A stretch of 30,451 nucleotides of DNA, from NCBI GenBank assembly GCA_004378665.1, contig SOIA01000094.1, forward strand, positions 1 to 30,451. Reading direction: 5' to 3'. Below the pieces are notes generated by a model. The model was not told the DNA's origin and did not search any database. It worked only from the letters and a program-made list of their open reading frames with translations. Positions within the stretch are counted from its first letter, which is position 1, and every line of letters starts with the position of its first letter. Of the stretch, positions 1 to 9,020 are shown piece after piece. Source of the DNA: Candidatus Aminicenantes bacterium. Its GTDB lineage: Bacteria; Acidobacteriota; Aminicenantia; Aminicenantales; Aminicenantaceae. Made by a program: the position numbers and the translations under genes.

Positions 1-91
1 TGAACTCCACCGTGTCCTTCTCCTGCCCCCAGAAGAAACACACGAATGCAAACATCAATGCGAATAAAACGAAAAACTTTCTCCCCTTCAC
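1..91 (-). CDS. 5' part of a secreted protein running off the window edge (MKGRKFFVLFALMFAFVCFFWGQEKDTVEF...)
   Basis: GTG at 89-91 preceded by AAGGAG six nt upstream; basic N-terminus plus hydrophobic stretch resembling a signal peptide; frame is open to position 1. Not in the supplied ORF track. Confidence 0.65.
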   Translation of the reverse strand, partial: MKGRKFFVLFALMFAFVCFFWGQEKDTVEF

Positions 92-270
92 CTTAATCTC
101 CTTGTTGGCTGCTCGAAAGCGCCACTTATTTTAACACATTTGTGTCGAACTCAATATAATAAATTTAGTTTTTTACTTTGATCTTTATGATTAGATGCTT
201 CTGTTCGGCTGCGATTTGATCATTCTGGTCCGAAATCCAATTTTTCAGAAATCATCCCGTGAGTTCTGAG

Positions 271-1548
271 CTAGAATTCATAAGTGATGTAAGTCCCGAT
301 AAATCCTCTTTTCCTGTTCTCCCAATAATAATTCGACTCCCTCTCCCAGAAATTCACCACGATCCCTATTCCTGTGTTCTCTATGATCCTGAAGGCCAGA
401 CCGACCGAATGATTCCGGTATCTATCCCTCCTTAAAATCTCCTCATAGCTTCCATCAGGCATTCTCACCGACACCGGTTCTGGATACCTGGTCTTTGCGC
501 GGCTTAAATCATAATCCATTCTTAAAAATCGTGTAAGGTAGAAAGATATCCCGACACCATACCGGTCTTCAGTGAAGTATATATTGTTCGTCCAGTAGGA
601 AAAATGACAATCGTATTCGGAGCTCAGTCGGATGCCGAAACGCCACAGCCTGAAATTCAGCCGTGTGTTTCCCACCAATCCTGAAAAACTTTCTTTGTCT
701 TCTACCCGAGGAATCAGCTTCTTATAGCCGACTGAAAGGATTCCTCCTACACTGCCCAACCGGGGGAAGCGGACCCCCGTGTAAACCTGGTAGGAATAGG
801 AATCCCGCCAACGAGATTCGGGATACTCAAACTCATAGTCTGTGTGTCCGACCGTGGTAAAAAAGAAACTCTTCGCGAATATCCTGTAATAAAACTCAAA
901 GATACCGCCGGTCTCTGTGCGGTTTAAATCACGGGACAGGTATATTTCCTCTCCAGGTTGAGTCACATCCTCATAACTGAATTTTCCGGTAAATCCGGAA
1001 AGGCCGAATGAGGATTTTCGGGCTGTTTCATAAAACAACTGGCCGCTGTAGCTGCTAATCATTTCATTCGCACGGACATCAAACTCACTCGTTGCCCGCC
1101 GCCTATGATCTCTGTAATAATACTTTCCTGAAATAACGAAACGGTTGAGAAAGAGAAGCTTAAATTCAGTAGAGAGCATGTTATTCCATCTTCGTTCTCT
1201 TTTTTCCTCATGGTAATATACATATTCCGGGTTTTCCACGAGCGAGAGGATCAAATAATCTCGAAAAAGTAAATACGCTTGGATCTCCGGCGAAAAAGTT
1301 GCGGTGAAATCAGAAACAGGATCGTTATCCTCGTGTTGATAATAGACATTGCTGTCATAACCGACATTCTTGAATCGAATAACCGGAGTTATCCCGAGGG
1401 GGCCGATTTTAAACCTGATCCTTTCCTTGATCTGTTCAAGAGTTGATACGAATGATTGGTAGCTCTGCCCGCAAACGGATAATGAAGGCAGGAAGAGGAG
1501 GAGAAAGATGGCGACTCGGCAGAATGCTGCGGAAAATGACCTTTTCAT
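271..1548 (-). CDS. Outer-membrane beta-barrel protein, possibly of the polysaccharide-export-associated class
   Basis: 425 aa; signal peptide; alternating aromatic/hydrophobic beta-strand pattern; C-terminal beta-signal GFIGTYITYEF ending in Phe. Family assignment is inference. Confidence 0.7.
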   Translation of the reverse strand: MKRSFSAAFCRVAIFLLLFLPSLSVCGQSYQSFVSTLEQIKERIRFKIGPLGITPVIRFKNVGYDSNVYYQHEDNDPVSDFTATFSPEIQAYLLFRDYLILSLVENPEYVYYHEEKRERRWNNMLSTEFKLLFLNRFVISGKYYYRDHRRRATSEFDVRANEMISSYSGQLFYETARKSSFGLSGFTGKFSYEDVTQPGEEIYLSRDLNRTETGGIFEFYYRIFAKSFFFTTVGHTDYEFEYPESRWRDSYSYQVYTGVRFPRLGSVGGILSVGYKKLIPRVEDKESFSGLVGNTRLNFRLWRFGIRLSSEYDCHFSYWTNNIYFTEDRYGVGISFYLTRFLRMDYDLSRAKTRYPEPVSVRMPDGSYEEILRRDRYRNHSVGLAFRIIENTGIGIVVNFWERESNYYWENRKRGFIGTYITYEF

Positions 1549-1663
1549 TTTATATGATCATCAAATGAGTCAGACTGTGCCGACTGAAGCGAAGACCTCA
1601 TCCCCATAAAATCTCTGTACACACTGTTGAAATAATGTTCCCGTATAGCCAGGAAGTTCCTAT

Positions 1664-1692
1664 AGTTTAAAATCGTAATTCTTAGATTACAA
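1664..1692 (-). promoter_or_regulatory. Putative sigma70 promoter for the beta-barrel gene
   Basis: TTGTAA (1687-1692), 17 nt, TAAACT (1664-1669) on the minus strand. Confidence 0.45.
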
Positions 1693-1739
1693 GAATATTT
1701 TTCAAATATTTATCTTTGGAGTCAGACACCAATTGATAA

Positions 1740-1768
1740 TTGACTTCGATTCATCATTATTCTATATT
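1740..1768 (+). promoter_or_regulatory. Putative sigma70 promoter for apgM, giving a near-leaderless transcript
   Basis: TTGACT (1740-1745), 17 nt, TATATT (1763-1768); ATG at 1778 with no SD. Confidence 0.6.
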
Positions 1769-1777
1769 TGTCTTGCT

Positions 1778-2980
1778 ATGGACTGGGAAACGATCGCTCG
1801 AGAAATAAGCGTAAAAACCGACTCAAAGATCATTCTCTTTGTCATGGATGGCCTGGGCGGTCTGCCCATCGACGGGAAGACTGAGCTCGAGGCCGCCCGC
1901 ACTCCCAGCCTTGACCGCCTCGCCGCGCAGAGCGCCTGCGGCTTGACCGATCCTGTGTTCATGGGAATCACTCCCGGGAGCGGCCCGGCCCATCTGTCTC
2001 TCTTCGGGTATGATCCCACAAAATACATCCTCGGGCGAGGGATCCTGGAAGCCCTTGGGAGTGGAGTCGAAGTGGGAAAGAATGACCTGGTGGCCAGGGG
2101 AAATTTTGCAACACTCAAGGAGGGCCTGATAGTCGACCGCAGAGCCGGTAGGATCCCCACAAGCGAGAATGAAAAACTCTGCCGGAAAATCAATGATTCT
2201 TTGAAAGAAGTCGACGGAGTAAAAGTCTCTCTTTTTCCCGGGAAAGAGCACCGGTTCGTCGTGAAGTTCACGGCAGGCGGACTCTCGGATGCGCTTTCCG
2301 ACGCGGATCCTCAAAAAGAAAACCAACCCGGAGTCCCGGCCAAAGCCCTTTCTCAGGAAGCGGAGAAAGCGGCCCGTGCCGCAAACACCTTCATCGATTG
2401 TGTGACGGAAATCCTGAAGGATTCTCCGAACGCCAACACCGTCCTTTTGAGGGGATTCTCCGGATTTCCCTCTCTTCCCACATGGAGCGAGCTTTATAAG
2501 GTCAACGCCGTGGCTATCGCGAATTATCCGATGTACAGGGGACTGGCGAAGCTCGTCGGGATGGAAATCCTGGATGTCGGGCCGAACGTGTCCGATCTTT
2601 TTGACGCGCTGGAAAAACATTATAAGGATCACGACTTCTTTTATGTTCATTTGAAAAAAACGGATTCTGCGGGCGAAGACGGAAATTTTGAAGCAAAAAA
2701 GGAAGCCATCGAGGAGGCTGACAGATACATCCCCCGCCTGCTGGCCCTGAAGCCGGAAGTCCTGGTCGTGACTTCCGACCATTCCACGCCTTCTCTTTTA
2801 AAATCTCACTCCTGGCACCCCAATCCTTTCCTTCTTTTCTCAAAAACTTCCCAACCCGATGACGTGGCCCGGTTTTCCGAAAAGGAGTGCAGCCGGGGAT
2901 TCCTGGGGAGGTTTCAAGCTACCTACGCCATGCCCCTGATGCTGGCGCATGCCGGCAAGCTCAAGAAATTCGGGGCCTGA
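1778..2980 (+). CDS. apgM: 2,3-bisphosphoglycerate-independent phosphoglycerate mutase, ApgM (archaeal-type) family
   Basis: MDGLGG, TELEAARTP, GITPGSGPAHLSLFGY, VHLKKTDSAGEDG and VTSDHSTP...HSWHP metal-binding motifs of the alkaline phosphatase superfamily; start moved to ATG 1778, just downstream of the promoter. Confidence 0.85.
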   Translation: MDWETIAREISVKTDSKIILFVMDGLGGLPIDGKTELEAARTPSLDRLAAQSACGLTDPVFMGITPGSGPAHLSLFGYDPTKYILGRGILEALGSGVEVGKNDLVARGNFATLKEGLIVDRRAGRIPTSENEKLCRKINDSLKEVDGVKVSLFPGKEHRFVVKFTAGGLSDALSDADPQKENQPGVPAKALSQEAEKAARAANTFIDCVTEILKDSPNANTVLLRGFSGFPSLPTWSELYKVNAVAIANYPMYRGLAKLVGMEILDVGPNVSDLFDALEKHYKDHDFFYVHLKKTDSAGEDGNFEAKKEAIEEADRYIPRLLALKPEVLVVTSDHSTPSLLKSHSWHPNPFLLFSKTSQPDDVARFSEKECSRGFLGRFQATYAMPLMLAHAGKLKKFGA

Positions 2981-2994
2981 AATCTCGTATCTTG

Positions 2995-3023
2995 TTGACA
3001 ATAATTGAGTTATATTATAGAAT
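2995..3023 (+). promoter_or_regulatory. Putative sigma70 promoter for the amidase-DUF362-polyferredoxin operon
   Basis: TTGACA (2995-3000), 17 nt, TAGAAT (3018-3023). Confidence 0.7.
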
Positions 3024-3036
3024 ATACAGGCTTGCG

Positions 3037-4188
3037 ATGAGGAAAAAAGAGAGGGCGATTTTCACGGTATTCTTGTGGCTTGTTTTTCTCGTCTTCCCGT
3101 CTCCTTCCCATCCCGACTCAAGGGTCGAGATCCACAAGCTTCGACATCACGTTCATCCGTCATTCACCAGAGTTGTCGTTGAAATCGGGAAAGTGAGAGA
3201 ATTTAACTACAACGAGCTCAAGTCTCCGGACCGGGTTTATGTGGATATCTACCAGGCTAAACTGAATGCCATCTTGCACAACCATGCATACCCAATAAAA
3301 AGTGACTACCTCAGCCAGATTCGCATCGCGCAAAAAGTCCACTCCACCGTGCGCGTGGTGGTGGACCTGGATTTCAACAAAGCCTATTATCGCGTCTGGC
3401 ATCTCCCTGATCCTTTCAGGATCATCATCGATGTCTATCCCAAAGAATCCCCTGTTCTTCCTCCTCCTCCCAAATTGAAGACCAGCATAATCCGCCAGTT
3501 GGGCCTGGGAATCCAGAGAGTTGTCATCGATCCCGGTCACGGGGGAAAAGATCCCGGCTGTATCGGGAAAAAAGGGCTCCAGGAGAAAGAGGTCGTTCTC
3601 GATGTCTGCCACCGTCTGAAAACACTCCTGGAATCCTTAGGGCTGGAAGTGATCATGACCAGAGAAACTGATATTTATCTTGACCCTGAAACCCGGACTG
3701 TGGTGGCCAACCAGAAACAGGCCGACCTGTTCATCTCCATCCACGCAAACGCCAGCCGCAACAGGAAGCTTTCCGGGGCCGAGACATTTTTCCTCAACCT
3801 CAGCCAGGATCCTTCGGTTGTCGAAACAGCCGCCCGCGAGAACGCCACTTCCACAAAGAGCATCAGCGAGATGAGGGAGACCATCCAAAAAATCCTCCAG
3901 AACACGAAAATTCCTGAATCCAAAGAACTCGCTCATACAGTCCAGCGAAACCTGGTGAAAAGCCTCTCTCAAAAATACAGCGGCGTGAAAGACCTGGGCG
4001 TCAAGGGAGGCCCTTTCTGGGTTTTGATCGGAGCGGAGGTGCCTTCGGTTCTCGTCGAAATCTCTTTTTTAAGTAACCCGACAGAAGAAGAAAGGCTCGG
4101 GCAGTCTGCATACCGTCAGACTATTGCCCATGGAATCTATCAAGGGATCATTGCCTACAAAAGCACATTAGAGAAAGGAATAGACTGA
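3037..4188 (+). CDS. N-acetylmuramoyl-L-alanine amidase (AMIN domain + Amidase_3), AmiC-like
   Basis: Signal/anchor sequence; AMIN-like FTRVVVE and TVRVVVDL; catalytic motifs IDPGHGGKDPG, EKEVVL, SIHANA, LVEISFLSN; proline-rich linker VLPPPPK. Start at ATG 3037. Confidence 0.9.
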   Translation: MRKKERAIFTVFLWLVFLVFPSPSHPDSRVEIHKLRHHVHPSFTRVVVEIGKVREFNYNELKSPDRVYVDIYQAKLNAILHNHAYPIKSDYLSQIRIAQKVHSTVRVVVDLDFNKAYYRVWHLPDPFRIIIDVYPKESPVLPPPPKLKTSIIRQLGLGIQRVVIDPGHGGKDPGCIGKKGLQEKEVVLDVCHRLKTLLESLGLEVIMTRETDIYLDPETRTVVANQKQADLFISIHANASRNRKLSGAETFFLNLSQDPSVVETAARENATSTKSISEMRETIQKILQNTKIPESKELAHTVQRNLVKSLSQKYSGVKDLGVKGGPFWVLIGAEVPSVLVEISFLSNPTEEERLGQSAYRQTIAHGIYQGIIAYKSTLEKGID

Positions 4189-5075
4189 TGAAAAGAAGAG
4201 AGTTTATCAAGGACCTGGCTCTGGGAAGTCTTCTATTCAAATTTCAACCGGACCTTTTCGCTCAAGGCCAGAAGTTTCCTGATTTGGCCTGGATTAAAGG
4301 TGAATCCCCGGCGCAAATCACAAAGGAAGCGATTTCCTCTTTGGGCGGAATCCAGCGATTCGTCTCCAAAGGAGACGTCGTTATAGTGAAACCGAACATC
4401 GGGTGGGACAGAACGCCCAAGCAGGCCGCCTGCACAAACCCTCAGGTCGTCAAAACGCTCGTCGAGCTCTCCCTCGGAGCCGGAGCGAAGGAAGTCAAAG
4501 TCATCGATAATCCCTGCAATCCGGCCCAGAGAACCTATGCCCGTTCGGGCATCGCCGCTGCCGCCAAAGAAGCCGGAGGAAAAGTGCTCTTTCCCAATCC
4601 CCACAAGCTGAAGAAGATGAGCCTCAACGGAAAATGGCTCAAGGAATGGGAAGTGTATACGGATTTTGTTGAGGCGGACAAGATCATCAACGTGCCCATC
4701 GCTAAAACACACAGTCTCTCGAGGCTGACCATGGGCATGAAAAACTGGCTGGGTGCTCTGGGAGGAAATCGCAATCAGCTCCACCAGAAGCTTGATCAAG
4801 TGATGATCGACCTCGCAGCTTTTTTCAAGCCCTGCCTGACCGTGATGGACGGCTACCGGATTCTCATCCGGAACGGTCCGCAGGGAGGCCGGCTTTCAGA
4901 TGTCGAACTCTTCAAGACAGTGGTGGCCGGAGTGGATTACGTGGCTGTCGATGCCGCCGGCGCGACGTTCTTTGATATTCAACCCCAAGACCTCCCATAT
5001 CTTCAGATCGCCCATCAGATGGGAGTTGGAGAGATCAACCTGGAGAAGCTCAAAATTGAAAAAAGAACGGTCTAA
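4188..5075 (+). CDS. DUF362 domain protein with a twin-arginine (Tat) signal peptide
   Basis: MKRREFIK Tat motif; VIVKPNIGWD, TNPQVV, INVPIAKTH, TMGMKN and MDG...GP motifs typical of DUF362; TGATG overlap with the amidase stop. Confidence 0.8.
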   Translation: MKRREFIKDLALGSLLFKFQPDLFAQGQKFPDLAWIKGESPAQITKEAISSLGGIQRFVSKGDVVIVKPNIGWDRTPKQAACTNPQVVKTLVELSLGAGAKEVKVIDNPCNPAQRTYARSGIAAAAKEAGGKVLFPNPHKLKKMSLNGKWLKEWEVYTDFVEADKIINVPIAKTHSLSRLTMGMKNWLGALGGNRNQLHQKLDQVMIDLAAFFKPCLTVMDGYRILIRNGPQGGRLSDVELFKTVVAGVDYVAVDAAGATFFDIQPQDLPYLQIAHQMGVGEINLEKLKIEKRTV

Positions 5076-6651
5076 AAAATACAGGCTCATCCAGGCCCTA
5101 CGGATTCTCAGTCAAACGGTTTTCTTCGTCATCTTTTTTTATCTGCTGCTCGGGACTCGCTTCCCCGGCGGAGATTACATCGGACGTGTGGAGATCTTTT
5201 TCCACTTTGACCCTCTTCTCGCCCTGACTACGTTCATCGCTTCCCGCACAATTTTTGTCTCTTTTGTCTTCGCCGCCCTGACCGTTATCCTCACTTTTAC
5301 TCTGGGGCGCGTGGCCTGCGGGTGGGTGTGTCCTCTCGGTTCAATCCATCAAGCCTTTTCTTTTCTCTTCAAGAGATCGAAACTTCTCCAACCGAAGAGA
5401 CCCAAAGACAACTGGACGGCCTGGAAGTACTATATCCTGGGATTCATCCTCGTGGGAACGCTTTTCTCGTTGAACCTGGCCGGGATCCTTGATCCTTTCT
5501 CTCTGCTCTACCGCTCGTTCGTAACAGGAATCCTGCCTGCCGCGAACTACGGTTTTTCTGCCTTCATCGGATTCCTCTACACGATCCACTTTTTTCCCAT
5601 GGGTGATAGCCTTGTCCAATTCCAGCAGAACCTGGCCGTGAATTCCGTATTTCTCCAGGGATTCTTTATCGGCACACTTTTTATCGGTATCATCCTTCTC
5701 AATCTTTCCAGAGAAAGATTCTGGTGCCGTTATCTCTGCCCATTAGGAGCCTTCCTCGGCCTCACCTCGCGCTGGAATGTGATCAAACTTAAAATCGACG
5801 CCAAAAAATGCATCGAGTGCCACCTCTGCAACATTCACTGTGAAACCCAGGCCAATCCCTTTCCTGTAAAAGGATGGAAAAGCTCGGAGTGTGTCTACTG
5901 TTTCACCTGCAGCGCCATCTGCCCGACGAGCGCCATGGAATTTCCAATCAAACCCAAACCCGAGGAGATTAAAAAAGTCGACCTCTCCCGGAGAAAGCTC
6001 ATCTTCGCATCGCTCATGGGATTACTCGCTGTTCCCTTTTTCCGCCTTTCTCCTTCAACGAAACGCGCCTCTCCAAAATTGATCAGGCCTCCCGGAGCGC
6101 TGCCCGAGGAACAGTTCCTCCAGAAGTGCGTCAAATGCAGCGAGTGCATGAAGGTCTGCCCGACAAACGGCCTTCAGCCGGCCTTAACGGAAGCCGGCCC
6201 CGAAGGAATCTGGACTCCTATACTGGTCCCTGAGATTGGCTATTGTGAGTACTACTGTTCCCTTTGCTCTCAGGTCTGCCCGACAGGCGCCATACAGGAG
6301 CTCGCCATAGAGGAAAAAACGAAAGTGGTAATCGGGCTGGCGTGGGTCGATAAAAACAGGTGTATTCCTTATGACTTAGGGACTCCCTGCATCGTCTGCG
6401 AGGAACACTGCCCCACCTCTCCAAAAGCGATAAAGCTGGTGAAAACAGAAGTCAAGCTCCCGGATGGAACAATCCAGACTCCATTGGCTCCTGTTGTCGA
6501 CACAGACCTCTGCATCGGGTGCGGGATTTGTGAGAACAAGTGTCCGGTTGTGGACAAACCGGCTATCTATGTGACGAGCGTGGGAGAAAGCCGGTCTGAA
6601 AGAAACCAGCTCCTCCTTGACCTGATCAAGGAAGACTCAGGCCCTTACTGA
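5056..6651 (+). CDS. Membrane polyferredoxin, NapH/MauN-like plus NapG/MauM-like fusion
   Basis: TTG start at 5056 with GGAG upstream; about four TM segments; two CxxxCP motifs (CGWVCP, CRYLCP); two cytoplasmic-type CxxCxxCxxxC motifs; internal SRRKLIF plus hydrophobic helix; then LIRPPGA and four more Fe-S motifs. Confidence 0.85.
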   Translation: MKKERSKKYRLIQALRILSQTVFFVIFFYLLLGTRFPGGDYIGRVEIFFHFDPLLALTTFIASRTIFVSFVFAALTVILTFTLGRVACGWVCPLGSIHQAFSFLFKRSKLLQPKRPKDNWTAWKYYILGFILVGTLFSLNLAGILDPFSLLYRSFVTGILPAANYGFSAFIGFLYTIHFFPMGDSLVQFQQNLAVNSVFLQGFFIGTLFIGIILLNLSRERFWCRYLCPLGAFLGLTSRWNVIKLKIDAKKCIECHLCNIHCETQANPFPVKGWKSSECVYCFTCSAICPTSAMEFPIKPKPEEIKKVDLSRRKLIFASLMGLLAVPFFRLSPSTKRASPKLIRPPGALPEEQFLQKCVKCSECMKVCPTNGLQPALTEAGPEGIWTPILVPEIGYCEYYCSLCSQVCPTGAIQELAIEEKTKVVIGLAWVDKNRCIPYDLGTPCIVCEEHCPTSPKAIKLVKTEVKLPDGTIQTPLAPVVDTDLCIGCGICENKCPVVDKPAIYVTSVGESRSERNQLLLDLIKEDSGPY

Positions 6652-6659
6652 TTTTTCTT

Positions 6660-7076
6660 TTACTCTACGATCTTGAAGCCTAAGGTCTGCAGCACCTCTC
6701 CGTTGGGACCGATCACATCCACGTGCCAGTCTCCGACCCATCCATGCCAGATGTTTTTCGATGTCCATGTGCGCCAGCTGGCGGCTTCCACAGGCAGATT
6801 CCACCTGAAAATTTCTTCGTCCTTATAGTACCAGATATGTGTGATCTCGATCGGCTCCTGAGCTCCGACAATCTTTGTGTAGCAGAAGAGTTTTCCGACA
6901 GTCGCTTCGAATTCAGTCCCTTCTCCTATGGGTTCCCTGTCCTGGACATCCCGGCAAATGACGCCCTTTTCCACCTTTACCGTAGGCTCTTCCTGGGTTT
7001 TAGCTTCCGCAGCCTGGTAAAAAGAAAATGAAGCCAGTACAGCCAATGCAAAAAGGATTGAAAAAAGTTTTTTCAT
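6660..7076 (-). CDS. DUF2914-like secreted Ig-fold protein
   Basis: Signal peptide MKKLFSILFALAVLASFSF; motifs ITHIWY, WRTWTSK, GDWHVDV; SD AGGAGG before ATG 7076. Confidence 0.75.
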   Translation of the reverse strand: MKKLFSILFALAVLASFSFYQAAEAKTQEEPTVKVEKGVICRDVQDREPIGEGTEFEATVGKLFCYTKIVGAQEPIEITHIWYYKDEEIFRWNLPVEAASWRTWTSKNIWHGWVGDWHVDVIGPNGEVLQTLGFKIVE

Positions 7077-7136
7077 TGAGGCCCTCCTTTCCAGGATGAT
7101 ACGATTACTCATGTTTTTTTACCCTAAGTTGCGTCA

Positions 7137-7165
7137 AATGTAGCACAAATCAAAGTGTTTGACAA
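7137..7165 (-). promoter_or_regulatory. Putative sigma70 promoter for the DUF2914 gene
   Basis: TTGTCA (7160-7165), 17 nt, TACATT (7137-7142) with an extended TGn. Confidence 0.5.
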
Positions 7166-7220
7166 TAGCAAAGAATCAAGCCCTTGATAGTATGGCTTTA
7201 GAAATGCTTCCGAATGAGTT

Positions 7221-8198
7221 TTACTCAGAGATAGCCTTTTTCAATTCCTCCTTGAGATGAGGAATGACTTTAAAGAGGTCTCCGGCTATCCCGAAGTCTG
7301 CCACTTTAAAAATGGATGCTTCCGGGTCTTTGTTCACAGCCACGATGCATTTTGAGGAAGACATCCCGGCCAGATGCTGGATCGCTCCAGAAATCCCGAA
7401 AGCCATATACAGATTCGGAGTGACCGTCTTGCCGGTCTGGCCGACCTGATGCTGATGATCTATCCACTCCGCATCGACGGCAGAACGAGAGGCTCCGACA
7501 GCAGAGTGAGGAAGTATAGCGGTCAATTCCCTCAAAAGGTCAAAGTTCTCCGGTCCTTTCATCCCTCTTCCGCCGGAGACGACAATGTCCGCCTCGGTCA
7601 CATCGATCTCCGCGTCTTCTTCTCTTATTATTTCAGCAACCTGCCCTTTGATTTGGTCTTCAGGGATGACCACCTCTTTTTTCACGACTTCTCCTTTTTC
7701 TGCCCCGGGTTCAAGAAGAGGGAAAACATTCGGCCTCAGAGAAGCGATCTGCGGTGAAGATTTAAAAGAAACGGTGGCAAAGGCCTTGCCGGCGAATATC
7801 GGACGGACCACCTCCAGCTTCCCGTCCTTGCATGCTGTCGATGTACAATCAGTCGCCAGGCTGACTCCCAATTTGGCCGCCAGCCGCGGTGCCAGATCCT
7901 TGCCCATCGAAGTCGCGGGAAAGAAGATGATCTCCGGCTTGATCTCCTCGACCAGGGATACTAAAGCCAGGGAGAAGCTCGACGCGGAATAATGGGCGAG
8001 GAGAGAATTCTCCAACACATGGACTTTCGACGCACCGTACGGGAACACTTCCGGGGCCAGCCCTCCTGCGCCATGGCCGACAAGGACGGCATGAGCTTCT
8101 GTGTTGAGTTCGTCTGCTCTTCTTTTTCCTTCGGATAAAACCTCCAGGGAAGATTTTTTGACCTTTCCTTCTCTGATCTCTATGAACACTAATATCAT
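7221..8198 (-). CDS. etfA: Electron transfer flavoprotein alpha subunit
   Basis: [23 protein letters not shown] and [15 protein letters not shown]-binding motifs; SD AGGAGG. Confidence 0.93.
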   Translation of the reverse strand: MILVFIEIREGKVKKSSLEVLSEGKRRADELNTEAHAVLVGHGAGGLAPEVFPYGASKVHVLENSLLAHYSASSFSLALVSLVEEIKPEIIFFPATSMGKDLAPRLAAKLGVSLATDCTSTACKDGKLEVVRPIFAGKAFATVSFKSSPQIASLRPNVFPLLEPGAEKGEVVKKEVVIPEDQIKGQVAEIIREEDAEIDVTEADIVVSGGRGMKGPENFDLLRELTAILPHSAVGASRSAVDAEWIDHQHQVGQTGKTVTPNLYMAFGISGAIQHLAGMSSSKCIVAVNKDPEASIFKVADFGIAGDLFKVIPHLKEELKKAISE

Positions 8199-8211
8199 TT
8201 CATCCCTCCTG

Positions 8212-8994
8212 CTAGATAATCTTCGCTTCTTCGTGTAAGAATTTCACCATCTGTTTGGCGGCCTCTTCCGGTTCATCCTCTATGATCTTCCCCGCCTGCC
8301 GCTGCGGAGGGCTTTCCAGTTTGGTGATCTCTAAGAGCGGCGTGACCTCTTCTTCTTTAAGACCCAAATCTTCAAAAGTCACGATTGGAATTTCTTTCTT
8401 TTTCGCCGCCATAATGCCTTTTAACGTCTCATACCGAGGCTCATTCAGCCCTTTCTGAGCGCTGACAACTGCGGGAAGGGAAAAGGAAACCTTCTCAAGC
8501 GCTCCTTCGATCTCCCGATGTGCGATTCCTTTATTGCCATCGATTTCCAGCTTTGTGACCACGTTGACCTGAGGGAGATTCAAAAGATCCGCTACCATGG
8601 CTGGAATCTGGGCATTATCTGCGCCGACGGACTGTTTCCCGAACAGGAGGAGGCTGTAGTCGGGAAATCTCTTCTCCACGGCACGGGCAAGGATTTTTGC
8701 TGTTCTCAACCCATCGTATGTCTCGGGAGTTTCATCTTTTACCAGGACCGCTTCATCCGCACCCATGGCCAGGCACTTCTTCAGAGTCGTCAGCGCCTCC
8801 TCATTTCCGACCGAAACGACAGTGACCGTACCGCCGTTCGCTTCCCGTAAGCGAAGAGCTTCCTCAACCGCGACCTCATCATAGGGACTCAGAATAAAAT
8901 TAATGCCTTCCTCGCTGATCGAGTTTGTCTCATGATCAATCCTTATCTTCGCTTCAGTATCAGGTACTCTTTTTACGAAAACGCAGATGTTCAC
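8212..8994 (-). CDS. etfB: Electron transfer flavoprotein beta subunit
   Basis: ICVFVKRVPD, SPYDEVAVEEALRL, AMGAD, GKQSVGADNAQ, LNEPRY; GTG start at 8994 with AGGAGG. Confidence 0.93.
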   Translation of the reverse strand: MNICVFVKRVPDTEAKIRIDHETNSISEEGINFILSPYDEVAVEEALRLREANGGTVTVVSVGNEEALTTLKKCLAMGADEAVLVKDETPETYDGLRTAKILARAVEKRFPDYSLLLFGKQSVGADNAQIPAMVADLLNLPQVNVVTKLEIDGNKGIAHREIEGALEKVSFSLPAVVSAQKGLNEPRYETLKGIMAAKKKEIPIVTFEDLGLKEEEVTPLLEITKLESPPQRQAGKIIEDEPEEAAKQMVKFLHEEAKII

Positions 8995-9020
8995 TTGTTC
9001 CTCCTTTTCAAGCATATCCC

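Noticed and set aside
1823-2782. 319-aa antisense ORF (similar ones at 8925-9803, 18880-19692 and 19801-20550)
   Set aside because: Shadows of well-supported genes on the opposite strand, with no recognisable motifs or RBS.
2887-3036. Upstream extension of the amidase ORF
   Set aside because: Overlaps apgM and contains the promoter; the signal peptide begins at ATG 3037.
4900-5055. Upstream extension of the polyferredoxin ORF
   Set aside because: Overlaps DUF362 by 176 bp; TTG 5056 has an SD and gives a typical N-terminus.
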